A stretch of 64,000 bases of DNA, from NCBI GenBank assembly GCA_964291215.2, contig OZ219791.1, positions 576,001 to 640,000 on the forward strand, given 5' to 3'. A program made the translations under genes and the position numbers. Origin of the DNA: Alphaproteobacteria bacterium. GTDB taxonomy: Bacteria > Pseudomonadota > Alphaproteobacteria > MPNO01 > UBA830. The notes beneath the pieces were generated by a model, which saw only the letters and a program-made list of their open reading frames with translations, searched no databases and was not told the DNA's origin. Of the stretch, positions 21,823 through 31,845 are shown one piece after another (positions within the stretch are counted from its first letter, which is position 1; every line of letters starts with the position of its first letter).

Positions 21823-23178
21823 GTGACCTACGACGGACCACCTGTCGACCTGTCGGCGAGGATCGACGACCGTGCCGATACGGATGGCGAGTTCCGGGTG
21901 CACCGTTCCGTGTTCGAGGATCCGGCGCTGTTCGAGGCCGAGATGGAGTTCTGCTTCGAGCGCGTGTGGAATTTCCTGTGCCACGAGAGCCAGGTGCCGG
22001 AACCCGGCGATTACCGGGCCGCCCATATCGGCACGCAACCGGTTTTCGTGCACCGCCAGGAAGACGGATCGCTCAAGGCCTTTATCAATGCCTGCTCGCA
22101 CCGGGGTGCTCTGCTCACGCCCTTGCAGGAGGGCAACGCGGCCACTCTGACATGCCGTTTTCATGGCTGGAGCTACCGCTGCGACGGCAGCTGCATCGGG
22201 ATCAAGAACGAGGAAGGCGGGTACGGCCCCGGCTTTGACCGCTCGCGCTACAACCTGACCGAACTGCCCCGGCTGGCGTCCTACAGGGGTTTCGTCTTTG
22301 GCGCGCTCACCGCCGACGTCCCGCCGCTCGACCAACATCTTGGAGACGCCCGTTTCTTCATCGACCTGTTCGCCGACCAGTCGCCCGACGGCCTCGAGAT
22401 CGTCCCGGGCTCGCAGACCTACGTCTGCGACCACGACTGGAAGTTGCAGGCCGACAACGTTACCGACGGCTACCACGTCTCGACCGTGCATCGGAACTTC
22501 ATGAACACCATTCTTGTCCGTGAGGATCGGGAGCAAACCTCGGGCCTCCTGAAAACCGAGGTCGGGCGGATCAAGGGCGGCGTCCGGAACGGGCAGTACT
22601 ACCTGGGCAACGGCCACATGTGCATCTGGGCCGAGCGGACGAGCCCCGAAGGCGCACCGCTGGCTCCGGCGACGGAGCGCATCGATAGCGAGTTCGGGCC
22701 CGTCAAGGCGGAATGGATGCTGCGGCGGGGACGCAATATCCTGATCTTCCCCAATCTTGTCCTCAACGACCTCGCCTCGACTCACCTGCGCACCCACCGG
22801 CCGCTGGGCCCGGGACGGTGCGAGATCACGATCTGGTGCATCGCGCCAAGAAACGAGCCCCGCGAAGCGCGTTTCGCGCGCCTCCGAAAGTTCGAGGACT
22901 TCTTTCTCGTATCCGGCCTGTCGACGTCAGACGACATCGTCTCCCTCGACACCGCGCAGAAGGGCCTGCGCGGCCCGGATTCCGGCTGGAACGTCTATGA
23001 CCGCGGTCTCGGCGCCATGGTCGCGGGACCCGACGAGACGGCCGGTGAAGCCGGGCTGTCTCCTGTCTCGAGCGGCGAAAGCTGGGACCACGAAGCCTGC
23101 TATGTCGGCTGGTACCGCTACTGGCGCGATCTCCTCGAGAACGGCGCGCGCGCGGATGTGTCGATGGCGGCCGAGTAA
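21823..23178 (+). CDS. Rieske aromatic ring-hydroxylating oxygenase alpha subunit (BenA/XylX-like)
   Basis: Rieske CSH...CRFH and mononuclear-iron DGYHVSTVH motifs; GGGAGA RBS before GTG 21823 (ATG 21799 is an alternative start). Confidence 0.92.
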   Translation: MTYDGPPVDLSARIDDRADTDGEFRVHRSVFEDPALFEAEMEFCFERVWNFLCHESQVPEPGDYRAAHIGTQPVFVHRQEDGSLKAFINACSHRGALLTPLQEGNAATLTCRFHGWSYRCDGSCIGIKNEEGGYGPGFDRSRYNLTELPRLASYRGFVFGALTADVPPLDQHLGDARFFIDLFADQSPDGLEIVPGSQTYVCDHDWKLQADNVTDGYHVSTVHRNFMNTILVREDREQTSGLLKTEVGRIKGGVRNGQYYLGNGHMCIWAERTSPEGAPLAPATERIDSEFGPVKAEWMLRRGRNILIFPNLVLNDLASTHLRTHRPLGPGRCEITIWCIAPRNEPREARFARLRKFEDFFLVSGLSTSDDIVSLDTAQKGLRGPDSGWNVYDRGLGAMVAGPDETAGEAGLSPVSSGESWDHEACYVGWYRYWRDLLENGARADVSMAAE

Positions 23179-23274
23179 CGATCTCCGGGAATGACGGGGC
23201 CGGGACAGTTTCGCGAAGTCGCGAACGCAGCGCAGGGCGGCCTGACCCGCCTTGGCCGGGCGCCGCAGTCCGGT

Positions 23275-24117
23275 TCAGCCCGTACAGCCGGTCTCGCGTA
23301 GCGGCGCCAGGCGTTCGAGAAACCGCTCCAGCGCAGCATTGAACCGGGGCGGATCCTCCATGCAGCCATAGTGACCTGCGCCTTCGATCATCTCGATCGA
23401 GTTCCCCGGGAGCGCAGCCCGCGCTGCCGTTCCGACCTCCGGCGGCGATACCGGGTCATCGCTGCCGGCAACGACCAGCGTGGGCGCAACGACCGCCAGC
23501 GCCAGTTCCGCAATGTCCGACCGCGCCATCATCTCGACCGCCTGGCAGTAACCGCGCTGCGGAATCAGCTTCATCACACCGATCACGAGATCGGCAACCG
23601 CGTCCGAGGCGTCCGGCCCGAGCATGCGCCGGCCGCGCTCCTCTGCGAGAGCTTCGGCGCCGCCGGAAAGATACGCGTCGAGCCTGGCCTTGCGCTGTCG
23701 CTCGCGTTCCGCGGGCGGAAGTCCTGCAAGTCCGGGAAGTCCCTGGCAAAACGTGTAGGAAAGCGTACGTCCGGGATGTCTTCCGGCAAACGCCGCTCCG
23801 ATCAGTGCGGCGACGGACTGCCCGACGACATGCGCCCTGTCCACGTCCAGGCCGTCGAGGACCCCGGCCAGCACATCCGCGTAATCGAACGCGGACGGAG
23901 TCCGCCGGGCGAGATCTTGCGAGAATCCGTAACCGGGCATGTCCCAGGCAATAACGCGATACCTCGTCTGCAGCGCGCGAAACTGGAAGGCCCAGCTTTC
24001 CGAGGCCCCTCCGAGGCCGTGGAGCAGCACCAGGGCCGGCCCGACATCGCCCGAATCCCGGACCGCAACGCCGACGCCGTTTCCGCGAACGGTCCGCGGT
24101 TCCGGCAAGGGCGTCAC
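23275..24117 (-). CDS. Alpha/beta hydrolase (enol-lactonase-like)
   Basis: LLHGLGG, DMPGYG, GQSVA nucleophile elbow and GAGH. Confidence 0.85.
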   Translation of the reverse strand: MTPLPEPRTVRGNGVGVAVRDSGDVGPALVLLHGLGGASESWAFQFRALQTRYRVIAWDMPGYGFSQDLARRTPSAFDYADVLAGVLDGLDVDRAHVVGQSVAALIGAAFAGRHPGRTLSYTFCQGLPGLAGLPPAERERQRKARLDAYLSGGAEALAEERGRRMLGPDASDAVADLVIGVMKLIPQRGYCQAVEMMARSDIAELALAVVAPTLVVAGSDDPVSPPEVGTAARAALPGNSIEMIEGAGHYGCMEDPPRFNAALERFLERLAPLRETGCTG

Positions 24118-24212
24118 GGCGCGTCCCCCGCCCGTACAGGACGGAACATCTTGATCCTTCCCGCGATTGCGCTACGGTTGACTACCCCGCACGGGACAAG
24201 GGAGCAGGCACC

Positions 24213-24794
24213 ATGTCGGCTGTCAGGATAAGGAAAGTCGTCACCGTCATCAGCGAGATCCGAACCGAGGCTAACCAACCCGTCGACCCCGCAACGCGGC
24301 AATGCGCCGCGATCGCCGTCATCGCCAATCCCTATGCCGGGCGCTATTCGGCGGACCTTTCCGAACTCGAGGCCGCGGGCGCCGAGCTCGGAGATCTTCT
24401 CGGCCGCCGCGCGATGGCGGCGCTCGGCGTCGGACCCGAGGACATAGAGAGCTTCGGCAAGGCTGCAATCATCGGCGAGAACGGAGAGCGGGAACATGGC
24501 GCTGCTGTCATGCATCCTACTCTTGGCAAGCCCTTGCGCGCCGTTGTCGGACCGGCTCCCTCGGTCATCCCGTCGACCAAGAAGATCGGCGGGCCAGGCA
24601 CCACGATCGACTGCCCGTTGCATCACAAGGAGGAACTTTGGACCTTCTCGCATTTCGACGCGATGGAGGTCTCGCTGCCTGACGCGCCGGGAGCCGATGA
24701 AATCGTGGTCATTGTCGCACTCGCCGATTCCGGCCGGCCGCTTCATCGCGTCGGAGAAGGCCCCGACGCCCCTGAAGTCATGCCAGACGACTGA
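24213..24794 (+). CDS. Amino acid synthesis family protein (DUF1185)
   Basis: AVIANPYAGRY, IESFGKAAIIGENGEREH, SHFDAME and GRPLHRVG motifs. Confidence 0.85.
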   Translation: MSAVRIRKVVTVISEIRTEANQPVDPATRQCAAIAVIANPYAGRYSADLSELEAAGAELGDLLGRRAMAALGVGPEDIESFGKAAIIGENGEREHGAAVMHPTLGKPLRAVVGPAPSVIPSTKKIGGPGTTIDCPLHHKEELWTFSHFDAMEVSLPDAPGADEIVVIVALADSGRPLHRVGEGPDAPEVMPDD

Positions 24795-25159
24795 TCCCCG
24801 CCGTCACGGATCTCGACGATCCGGCCGGGAGAGACGTGAACGCCGTAGGTAATCAGCGGCGCATCGCCCGTCACCCGGAAACCGTGGGCTTGGCCGGCAC
24901 GAAAAACCAGCGTGATGCCGGGCGTGAGATCGATGGGACCAGGACGGTCCTCGGCCCAGGCCTCGCCGGTTCCCGACAGCACTGTCAGCACTTCCATGTA
25001 GGGATGAGCATGCTCGGGCGTCGCGTAACCCGGCGGCGAGGTCTGGATGCCGCAGCGCACGGGCGTCGAGCCCTCGTCGTCGCCGACCAGGGTCTGATAT
25101 GTCGCGCCTCCCGGAAAGATGTCCTTCCGGCAGGCGTCGTGGCGAACTATTTCCGTCAT
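24743..25159 (-). CDS. Cupin domain protein
   Basis: HAHPYME...HGF cupin motifs; GGGGAA RBS upstream; 3' end overlaps the convergent DUF1185 gene. Confidence 0.8.
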   Translation of the reverse strand: MTEIVRHDACRKDIFPGGATYQTLVGDDEGSTPVRCGIQTSPPGYATPEHAHPYMEVLTVLSGTGEAWAEDRPGPIDLTPGITLVFRAGQAHGFRVTGDAPLITYGVHVSPGRIVEIRDGGDQSSGMTSGASGPSPTR

Positions 25160-25250
25160 GTCCCGTTCCCCCACATCAAGGCCGCACGCCCGGCCTCCGT
25201 CAGGATTTCTGGCCAGCCATTGGGCGCGACGGCAACGGCGGCCGCCCGTC

Positions 25251-27128
25251 TCATGCCTCCGCGGCGGACGTGAAGCGCAGGATGGCATGGACAATCGCAC
25301 AGCCCGCAGCAGCCACGACAAGGGTCAGCGGAGAATCGGGGCCGAGCCATATGGTCGATGACCCGACGACCAGGCAGGCGGCGTACATGGCGGCGCCGAA
25401 TAGCCAGCCGAATCTGCCGCCGCGCGCGAACACGGTTACCGAATGCGCCAGCAGGAGGCCCGCCCCCCCGGCGCTGACGACGGCGTAGACCACCTGGACC
25501 AGGCTACCCTCGAGAAGCAGGGCCGGGTTGAAGACCCACAGGTATGGCAGCAGATACGCTGTCGCAGCGAGCTGGACACCGATCAGGCCGGTCTTCCACA
25601 TGTCCCCGCCGGCCATTTCGGCAGCCACCATGGAAGCGATCGCGACCGGCGGCGTGAGCATGCTGATCAGCCCGAAATAGAACAGGAAGAGGTGCGCGCC
25701 GATCGGGACCAGCCCCATGTTGACGAGCGCCGGGCCGATGACCGAGACAAGGACGATATAGACCGTGGCCGTCGGCATCCCCATACCAAGCACGATGCAT
25801 ATCAGCGAGGTCAGGAACAGCATGACGAGTATGCCGTTGCTCTTTCCGATCGCGGTCAGGATGAGGCTGAGCTGGAATGCGAGACCGGTCGAGTTCAGGA
25901 CGCCAAGAATGATGCCGGCAGCGCCGGCGATCAGCAGCAGCGGCACCAGTATCTCGCCGCTGCCGAAGATGAAATTGCGCCAGTGCTCCAATGTCGGCGG
26001 CCGGCGATCACGCACGATCATCAGAACGACCAGGCTCGCGCCGGAATAGAGCGCCGAAAGGCCCGGGTTGTAGCCAAGCCAGAACAGGAAATAGAGAAGG
26101 ATGACGATGGGCAGGATGAAGACCCAGCCGCTTCGAAGAACGGTCCGGACCACCGGCAGCTCCTCGCGCGGCAAACCCATGATCCGGAACCGCCTGGCAA
26201 CCGCGTCGACCTGAAGAAAGAGCACGAAGAAATAGATGGCCGCGGGAGCCGCGGCGGCAATGACAACATCCTGGTACGGGATCTCGAGGAATTCGGCGAT
26301 GATGAACGCGGTTGCACCCATGACCGGCGGCGCGATCTGGCCGCCGTTCGAGGCGACTGCCTCGATCGCGCCCGCATATTCGTTTCGGAAACCGGTGCGT
26401 TTCATCAGCGGGATGGTGACGATGCCCGTCGACATGATGTTCGCCACCGTCGATCCCGAAATCGTCCCGAAGGCGCTCGAGGCAATGACGGCGACCTTCG
26501 CCGGCCCGCCGCGGCGATGCCCCATGAAGCCCATCGCCAGATCGTTGAGAAAAGCGGTGCCGCCGCTTACTTCCATGAGCTTGCCGAAGATGATGAAGGC
26601 AAGCACCAGATTGACCACGACCTGAAGAACCAGGCCGGGCACGCCGTTGTTGTCGGCGTAGTAGTAGGTCAGGGTCTTGGTCGGCGGGAAAACTTCGGCT
26701 TCGAAAACGCCCGGCAGGTGATTACCGAAAAAGGCGTAGAGGATCAGGACCCAGACCAGCCCGGCGATGATCTTTCCCGCCGCCTTGCGCAGCCCCTCCA
26801 TGAGAAGGAACAGCGCGATCGCGCCGGGGACCCACTTATCGGGCGTGCGTTCGTGCGCAGTGACGATCCAGTCCTCGAAATTGTAGGACATCCAGAACCA
26901 TACGAGGAAACCGGCGACAGCAAGCACGGCCTCGAAAATGCCCGGCCTGGAGAAATAGGGATATCTGAGGAGGGCGGCGGCGCAGGCAAGCCCCAAAATG
27001 ACCCCGAGAATCTGCTGGAACGTCAGCGCGACCCCGAAATAGTCGGTGACGGCCAGGATCCAGCCTATGCCGACGATCGGAATGGCGCCGAGGCAGGCGC
27101 GCAGGAGAGCCCTGTTGAAAGTCTCCAT
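25251..27128 (-). CDS. TRAP transporter fused 4TM/12TM permease (TAXI type)
   Basis: GGPAKVAV, AGAIEAVASNGGQIAPPVMGA and LGMGMPT motifs. Confidence 0.93.
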   Translation of the reverse strand: METFNRALLRACLGAIPIVGIGWILAVTDYFGVALTFQQILGVILGLACAAALLRYPYFSRPGIFEAVLAVAGFLVWFWMSYNFEDWIVTAHERTPDKWVPGAIALFLLMEGLRKAAGKIIAGLVWVLILYAFFGNHLPGVFEAEVFPPTKTLTYYYADNNGVPGLVLQVVVNLVLAFIIFGKLMEVSGGTAFLNDLAMGFMGHRRGGPAKVAVIASSAFGTISGSTVANIMSTGIVTIPLMKRTGFRNEYAGAIEAVASNGGQIAPPVMGATAFIIAEFLEIPYQDVVIAAAAPAAIYFFVLFLQVDAVARRFRIMGLPREELPVVRTVLRSGWVFILPIVILLYFLFWLGYNPGLSALYSGASLVVLMIVRDRRPPTLEHWRNFIFGSGEILVPLLLIAGAAGIILGVLNSTGLAFQLSLILTAIGKSNGILVMLFLTSLICIVLGMGMPTATVYIVLVSVIGPALVNMGLVPIGAHLFLFYFGLISMLTPPVAIASMVAAEMAGGDMWKTGLIGVQLAATAYLLPYLWVFNPALLLEGSLVQVVYAVVSAGGAGLLLAHSVTVFARGGRFGWLFGAAMYAACLVVGSSTIWLGPDSPLTLVVAAAGCAIVHAILRFTSAAEA

Positions 27129-27168
27129 CGGGCCGTCTCCTGCGCGCGCGCTCGACTGGCGCGATACT

Positions 27169-28182
27169 CTACTTCAACAGCATCGCGTCGTTCTTGGCGT
27201 TCGCATCCGTGTAGATGCCGACCTCCTTGTAGTACTTGGCAGCACCAGGATGGAAGGGGATCGGATTGCTCGACGGAGATAACCCGTTCTGCTTGGTGCC
27301 CCGGAGCGGCGGATAATCCTTCTGCATCTGCTTCCAGTTCTCGTAGATCGCCTTCGCCATCTTGTAGGCATCCTCATCGCCGACCTTGCTTCCGGCATTG
27401 AGGTAGGAATCGAACGCGGCGATCTTGGTTTCGCCCCGTACGAACGCCTTGGTCTTGCTCGGCTTCTCGACATGCGAATAGAGCCCGGCCATGCCCTTGC
27501 CGAGGAACTCGTCAGTCCCCTTGGGCCCCACGGGGAGCAGCCGCAAACCGCCGGGGACCGTGGCATGCGCCTTGCGCAGCGCCGGCATCCCCGTCGCGAC
27601 AGGCGCAGCGTCAACTCGCCCCTGAACGACCATGCCGATGCTCGCGACGACCCCTCCCGAATCAACCGCCGTTATATCGTCAGTCGTGAGACCGGCGGTC
27701 GCAAGGATGGTGCGATTGGTCTGGGCCAGCGACACGTTGGTCTTGTACTTGACGACGACGCGCTTGCCCTTGAGGTCGGTCAGCGACTTGATGCCAGAGC
27801 TTTCCTTGACCATATAGGCGTAGGGAAGGATCCACACCCGCGCGAGCGCCCGCACGTTTTTCGTCGCCTGCTTGTAGGGTTGGCGACCGTTCCACGCAAG
27901 ACCGCCGTCAAGCGAGGAGTTCATGCCGAGCGTGATCTCGCCCGCGTTCTGAAGCGGAAGGTAGACGGACGAACCGGCATGGGGCTGGGCCGTGGCGCGG
28001 ATGCCGATCTTCTCCTGGAAGAGCTTGGCAAACCCGCTTCCGAGCAGGAAATAGGTCGAGCCCTGCGGATTGGTTCCGATGGTGATGCGTTTCAACTGTG
28101 CGTCGGCAGCCGACGGCAGGCAGGCCGAGAGCAGTGCCGCGCACAGCGCCGGCGCGAGGTATCGTGACACGCGAATCGTCAT
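27169..28182 (-). CDS. TAXI family TRAP solute-binding protein
   Basis: Signal peptide, ITIGTNPQGSTY, DLKGKRV and IPFHPGAAKYYKE. Confidence 0.92.
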   Translation of the reverse strand: MTIRVSRYLAPALCAALLSACLPSAADAQLKRITIGTNPQGSTYFLLGSGFAKLFQEKIGIRATAQPHAGSSVYLPLQNAGEITLGMNSSLDGGLAWNGRQPYKQATKNVRALARVWILPYAYMVKESSGIKSLTDLKGKRVVVKYKTNVSLAQTNRTILATAGLTTDDITAVDSGGVVASIGMVVQGRVDAAPVATGMPALRKAHATVPGGLRLLPVGPKGTDEFLGKGMAGLYSHVEKPSKTKAFVRGETKIAAFDSYLNAGSKVGDEDAYKMAKAIYENWKQMQKDYPPLRGTKQNGLSPSSNPIPFHPGAAKYYKEVGIYTDANAKNDAMLLK

Positions 28183-28353
28183 GGGTTTCCTCCTCGGTTC
28201 CCTTGTCTCGACGAGCGCGTCCCGGCGAGGGGCGCGTCGCCCGCGGCCATAGTATAGAAAATATCGCCGGGATCAGAAACCGGCGCGCGCAGGGAAGCGC
28301 CGTTGTCGCGGCGGGGGTTCCCATGCGGGCGACGCCACGCTAAAAGGGAACGC

Positions 28354-29001
28354 ATGAGCGCAACCATGCCCGTCGGCGACGTGGACCGGTTCTTTCAGCT
28401 CCTGTCGTCCCTCAACCCCACGCCGAGAGGCGAGCTCGACTATGTCAACGAGTTCACCCTGCTTGTCGCGGTCGTCCTCTCCGCGCAAGCCACCGACACC
28501 GGCGTCAACAGGGCAACCAGCCCGCTGTTCGCAATCGCCGACACGCCTGAGAAAATGGTGGAGCTCGGCGAGGAGGCGCTGCGCGGCCATATCCGCACGA
28601 TCGGCCTCTACCGCAACAAGGCGAAGAATGTCATTGCCCTTTCCGAGACGCTGCTGTCGGATTTCGGTGGCAAGGTCCCCGACAACCGGAACGATCTGAT
28701 GAAGCTTCCCGGGGTCGGCCGCAAGACGGCCAACGTCGTGCTCAACATCGCCTTCGGACAGCCGACGATGGCCGTCGACACACATATATTCCGTATTGGC
28801 AACCGCACCGGCATGGCCCCCGGAAAGACGCCGGAAGATGTCGAAAAGAAACTCGTCCGGCGCATTCCGGGGAAGTGGCTGCAGCATGCCCATCACTGGC
28901 TGATCCTTCACGGACGTTATGTCTGCAAGGCGCGCAAACCGGATTGCCCGGACTGCGCCGTGCGCGACCTTTGCCGCTTCGGCGAGAAGACTGTAGCCTG
29001 A
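28354..29001 (+). CDS. nth: Endonuclease III
   Basis: LSAQATD, HhH motif LPGVGRKTANVV, VDTH and the CxxxxxxCxxCxxxxxC Fe-S motif. Confidence 0.97.
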   Translation: MSATMPVGDVDRFFQLLSSLNPTPRGELDYVNEFTLLVAVVLSAQATDTGVNRATSPLFAIADTPEKMVELGEEALRGHIRTIGLYRNKAKNVIALSETLLSDFGGKVPDNRNDLMKLPGVGRKTANVVLNIAFGQPTMAVDTHIFRIGNRTGMAPGKTPEDVEKKLVRRIPGKWLQHAHHWLILHGRYVCKARKPDCPDCAVRDLCRFGEKTVA

Positions 29002-29097
29002 CGGCCGATTTCCGATCACGATATCCGCACCGGCACCACCGACTCTGCTGGAAGGCGAATCCGGCGCGGACGGTCATGAAACCGCAGGGAGCATGTC

Positions 29098-29589
29098 ATG
29101 AACGATCAGCCGGGCGCCAGCACGGGCAACGGCGCCGATACCGGGGAGCAGGCGGAAAGCCCGCAGCTTGTCGTGGGGCCGCAATATATCTGCGACCTCT
29201 CCTTCGAGAACCCGCTCGGGCTCGAGGGCATGATCAACCTGCAGGAGGGGCCGGAAATCGGCTTCGACGTCAACACCGCGGCGCGGGCCGTGAGTGAGGA
29301 TACCTACGAGATCACGCTTTCCATTCGCGCCGAGGCGCGGGTGGAGGACAAGACCGCATTCATCGTCGAACTGACATATGCCGGCGCTTTCCAGCTTGCC
29401 GGCGTGGCGCCGGAAGATGCCCGTCCGGTGATGCTCATCGAGGGGCCGCGCCATCTGTTTCCGTTCGCGCGGGCGATCATTGCCGATGTAGTGCGCGACG
29501 GCGGGTTTCCGCCGCTCCTCATCAATCCGATAGACTTTGCCTCCATGTATGCCAGCCAGATCGGCAACGAAGATCCAGACGAAACCTGA
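29098..29589 (+). CDS. secB: Protein-export chaperone SecB
   Basis: QYICDLSFENP, LFPFARAII and GGFPPLLINPIDFASMY motifs. Confidence 0.95.
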   Translation: MNDQPGASTGNGADTGEQAESPQLVVGPQYICDLSFENPLGLEGMINLQEGPEIGFDVNTAARAVSEDTYEITLSIRAEARVEDKTAFIVELTYAGAFQLAGVAPEDARPVMLIEGPRHLFPFARAIIADVVRDGGFPPLLINPIDFASMYASQIGNEDPDET

Positions 29590-29604
29590 CGGCGCGACGG
29601 CGGA

Positions 29605-30342
29605 TCAGGTTTCGGAACGCACGGCGTCGCCTCCGGTGGCAGTGTTGTGAAGCCACAGCGGATCCTTCAACTGCGCGACGAAGGCCTCGTGCGCAGCGAT
29701 CTCGGCAGCTGTCGGAGCGTGCTGCCTGGGCGGGCGAAACGGCGCCGCGTTCTTTTCCCGGGCTGGTCGCAGCCCGTCATCCTGCGCCCGCGCGGCCGGC
29801 CGCGCGGCGGGTCCGAGCCCGAGATCCGGCTGTCTGCCGCCGCGAAACTCCAGATAGACTTCCGCCAGAAGCTCCGCATCGAGGAGCGCTCCGTGCCTGA
29901 CGCGGGCCGAATTGTCGACACCGAAACGCCGGCACAGCGCGTCAAGGGAATTCGGCATTCCCGGAAACTTCTTGCGCGCCATCGCGAGAGTGTCGATGGA
30001 TCGCTGCATGGGAATGGCTGGAAACCCGGTTTTTCTCAGCTCCTCGTTGATAAATCCCATGTCGAACGGCGCATTGTGAATGACCAGCTTCGCGTCGCCG
30101 AGAAACTCCATCAGTTCGGACGCGATGTCCTCGAACCCCGGATGTCCGGCGAGAAAGTCAGCGCTCAGCCCGTGTATGCGATAGGCGGCTTCGGGCACAT
30201 CGCGCCGCGGATTGACGTAGCGGTGGAGATCGCGGCCAGTCGGAACATGATGCGTCAGCTCGATGCAGGCGATCTCGACAATGCGGTCGCCCTCGAGAGG
30301 ATTCAGCCCGGTGGTTTCCGTGTCAACGACGATCTCGCGCAT
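29605..30342 (-). CDS. dnaQ: DNA polymerase III epsilon subunit
   Basis: MREIVVDTETTG, IHNAPFD and HGALLDAELLAEVY motifs. Confidence 0.97.
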   Translation of the reverse strand: MREIVVDTETTGLNPLEGDRIVEIACIELTHHVPTGRDLHRYVNPRRDVPEAAYRIHGLSADFLAGHPGFEDIASELMEFLGDAKLVIHNAPFDMGFINEELRKTGFPAIPMQRSIDTLAMARKKFPGMPNSLDALCRRFGVDNSARVRHGALLDAELLAEVYLEFRGGRQPDLGLGPAARPAARAQDDGLRPAREKNAAPFRPPRQHAPTAAEIAAHEAFVAQLKDPLWLHNTATGGDAVRSET

Positions 30343-30991
30343 CGCTGCTCCGTTTCCGGATCCTGCGTTCGACATATGGAACGGGCGGCCAGCAACTGCT
30401 TCCGCAATCCCGCATCGCACGCATGACTTTTCCGAGTTCGCGCCATGTTCTGCGCTTGCCGGCTCCGCTCGGCACCACGAAATCGGCGCGCCGCCTCTTT
30501 TCGCTGTCCGGCATCTGGTTGGCTAGAATACCATCGAACTTCTCGCGGGTCATGCCCGGACGGGACAACACCCGCTGGGCCTGGACGAACCGGGGCGCCG
30601 AGACAACGATCGTCGCGTCGCAGCGGCTATTCAGCCCGAGCTCGAACAGCAACGGTATGTCGAGCAGGGCCAGCGTTGCCCGCCGCCTCGCGCAGGCCCT
30701 CAGGAATTCGTCCTGGACGCGGCGCACCAGCGGATGGATTATCCGCTCCAGCCGCGCCAGCGCGTCGTCGTCGCCGAAAACCCGGTCGCCGAGCCGGCGG
30801 CGATCGACGGCACCGTTGACCACGACCTCGGGAAAGGCGGATTGGATCGCAGTAATCGCCGCGCCGCCGCGGCTTATGATCACGTGCACCGCCGCATCGG
30901 AATCGTAGACCGGTATGTTCATGCACCGCACCATTGCCGCCGCCGTGGACTTTCCCATCCCGATCGAACCCGTGAGGCCAAGAATGATCAC
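30323..30991 (-). CDS. coaE: Dephospho-CoA kinase
   Basis: GLTGSIGMGKST and DIPLLFE motifs. Confidence 0.95.
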   Translation of the reverse strand: MIILGLTGSIGMGKSTAAAMVRCMNIPVYDSDAAVHVIISRGGAAITAIQSAFPEVVVNGAVDRRRLGDRVFGDDDALARLERIIHPLVRRVQDEFLRACARRRATLALLDIPLLFELGLNSRCDATIVVSAPRFVQAQRVLSRPGMTREKFDGILANQMPDSEKRRRADFVVPSGAGKRRTWRELGKVMRAMRDCGSSCWPPVPYVERRIRKRSSDARDRR

Positions 30992-31845
30992 GACGGTTCC
31001 GACTCGAGACCGGCTGCGAGAAGATCCCTCAAGGCCCGGTCCGGCAGGGGATCGCGTCCAAACCACGCGTCAAAGCCCGGCCTCGCCTGATGCAACAGCA
31101 TGCCCAGCCCGTCCACCGTCCGGTTTCCGCGGCTTTCGGCATTACGCAGCAGGTCGGTCCTGAACGGCGTGTACACGATATCACAGACGACAGCCGCCGT
31201 GGGAAGCGCGTCGAGGCGAACTTCGAGATCGTCCTTTCCCGCCATTCCGAGTGACGTGGCATTGACCAGCAGTGCGCTGCCGGCAAGAGCATCTTCCCTT
31301 TCCGTCCACCGCACTGCCCGCATCGGAGGACCAAACTCCCTGGCCAACGCCTCCGCCCGGGCAGATGTCCGGTTGGCGATGCGGATATCGGGAACACCAG
31401 CGTCCTGGAGTCCGACGGCGAGGGCGCGGGCGGCGCCTCCGGCACCGAGGATCACAGCCGGCCCGGCATCGCCGCGCCAGTCGGGACAGCCTTCTTTCAG
31501 GGCTTCCAGAAAGCCGAACGCATCCGTGTTCTGGCCATAGAGTAAACCATCCTCACGCACAGTCACCGTATTCACCGCCTTCATCCGCGCCGCCACGCTG
31601 TTGGCCTCGTCTACTGCATCGAATGCAGCTTCCTTGTGCGGAAGGGTCACGTTGGTTCCCCGAATGCCGAGCGAGGGCAGGGCGCGAAGCGCCTCGCATA
31701 TACGTTCAGGCCGGACCGCAAACGGAATGTAGACGCCATCGATGTCGAACTTGCGAAGCCAGTAATTGTGAATCGCCGGCGACCGAGAATGGCCGACCGG
31801 CCATCCCATGACTCCCGCAACTGCTGCCGCGCCGGTAAAGTTCAT
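30988..31845 (-). CDS. aroE: Shikimate dehydrogenase
   Basis: GWPVGHSRSP, NVTLPHKE, NTD, GAGGAA and DGLGMLLHQ motifs. Confidence 0.96.
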   Translation of the reverse strand: MNFTGAAAVAGVMGWPVGHSRSPAIHNYWLRKFDIDGVYIPFAVRPERICEALRALPSLGIRGTNVTLPHKEAAFDAVDEANSVAARMKAVNTVTVREDGLLYGQNTDAFGFLEALKEGCPDWRGDAGPAVILGAGGAARALAVGLQDAGVPDIRIANRTSARAEALAREFGPPMRAVRWTEREDALAGSALLVNATSLGMAGKDDLEVRLDALPTAAVVCDIVYTPFRTDLLRNAESRGNRTVDGLGMLLHQARPGFDAWFGRDPLPDRALRDLLAAGLESEPS

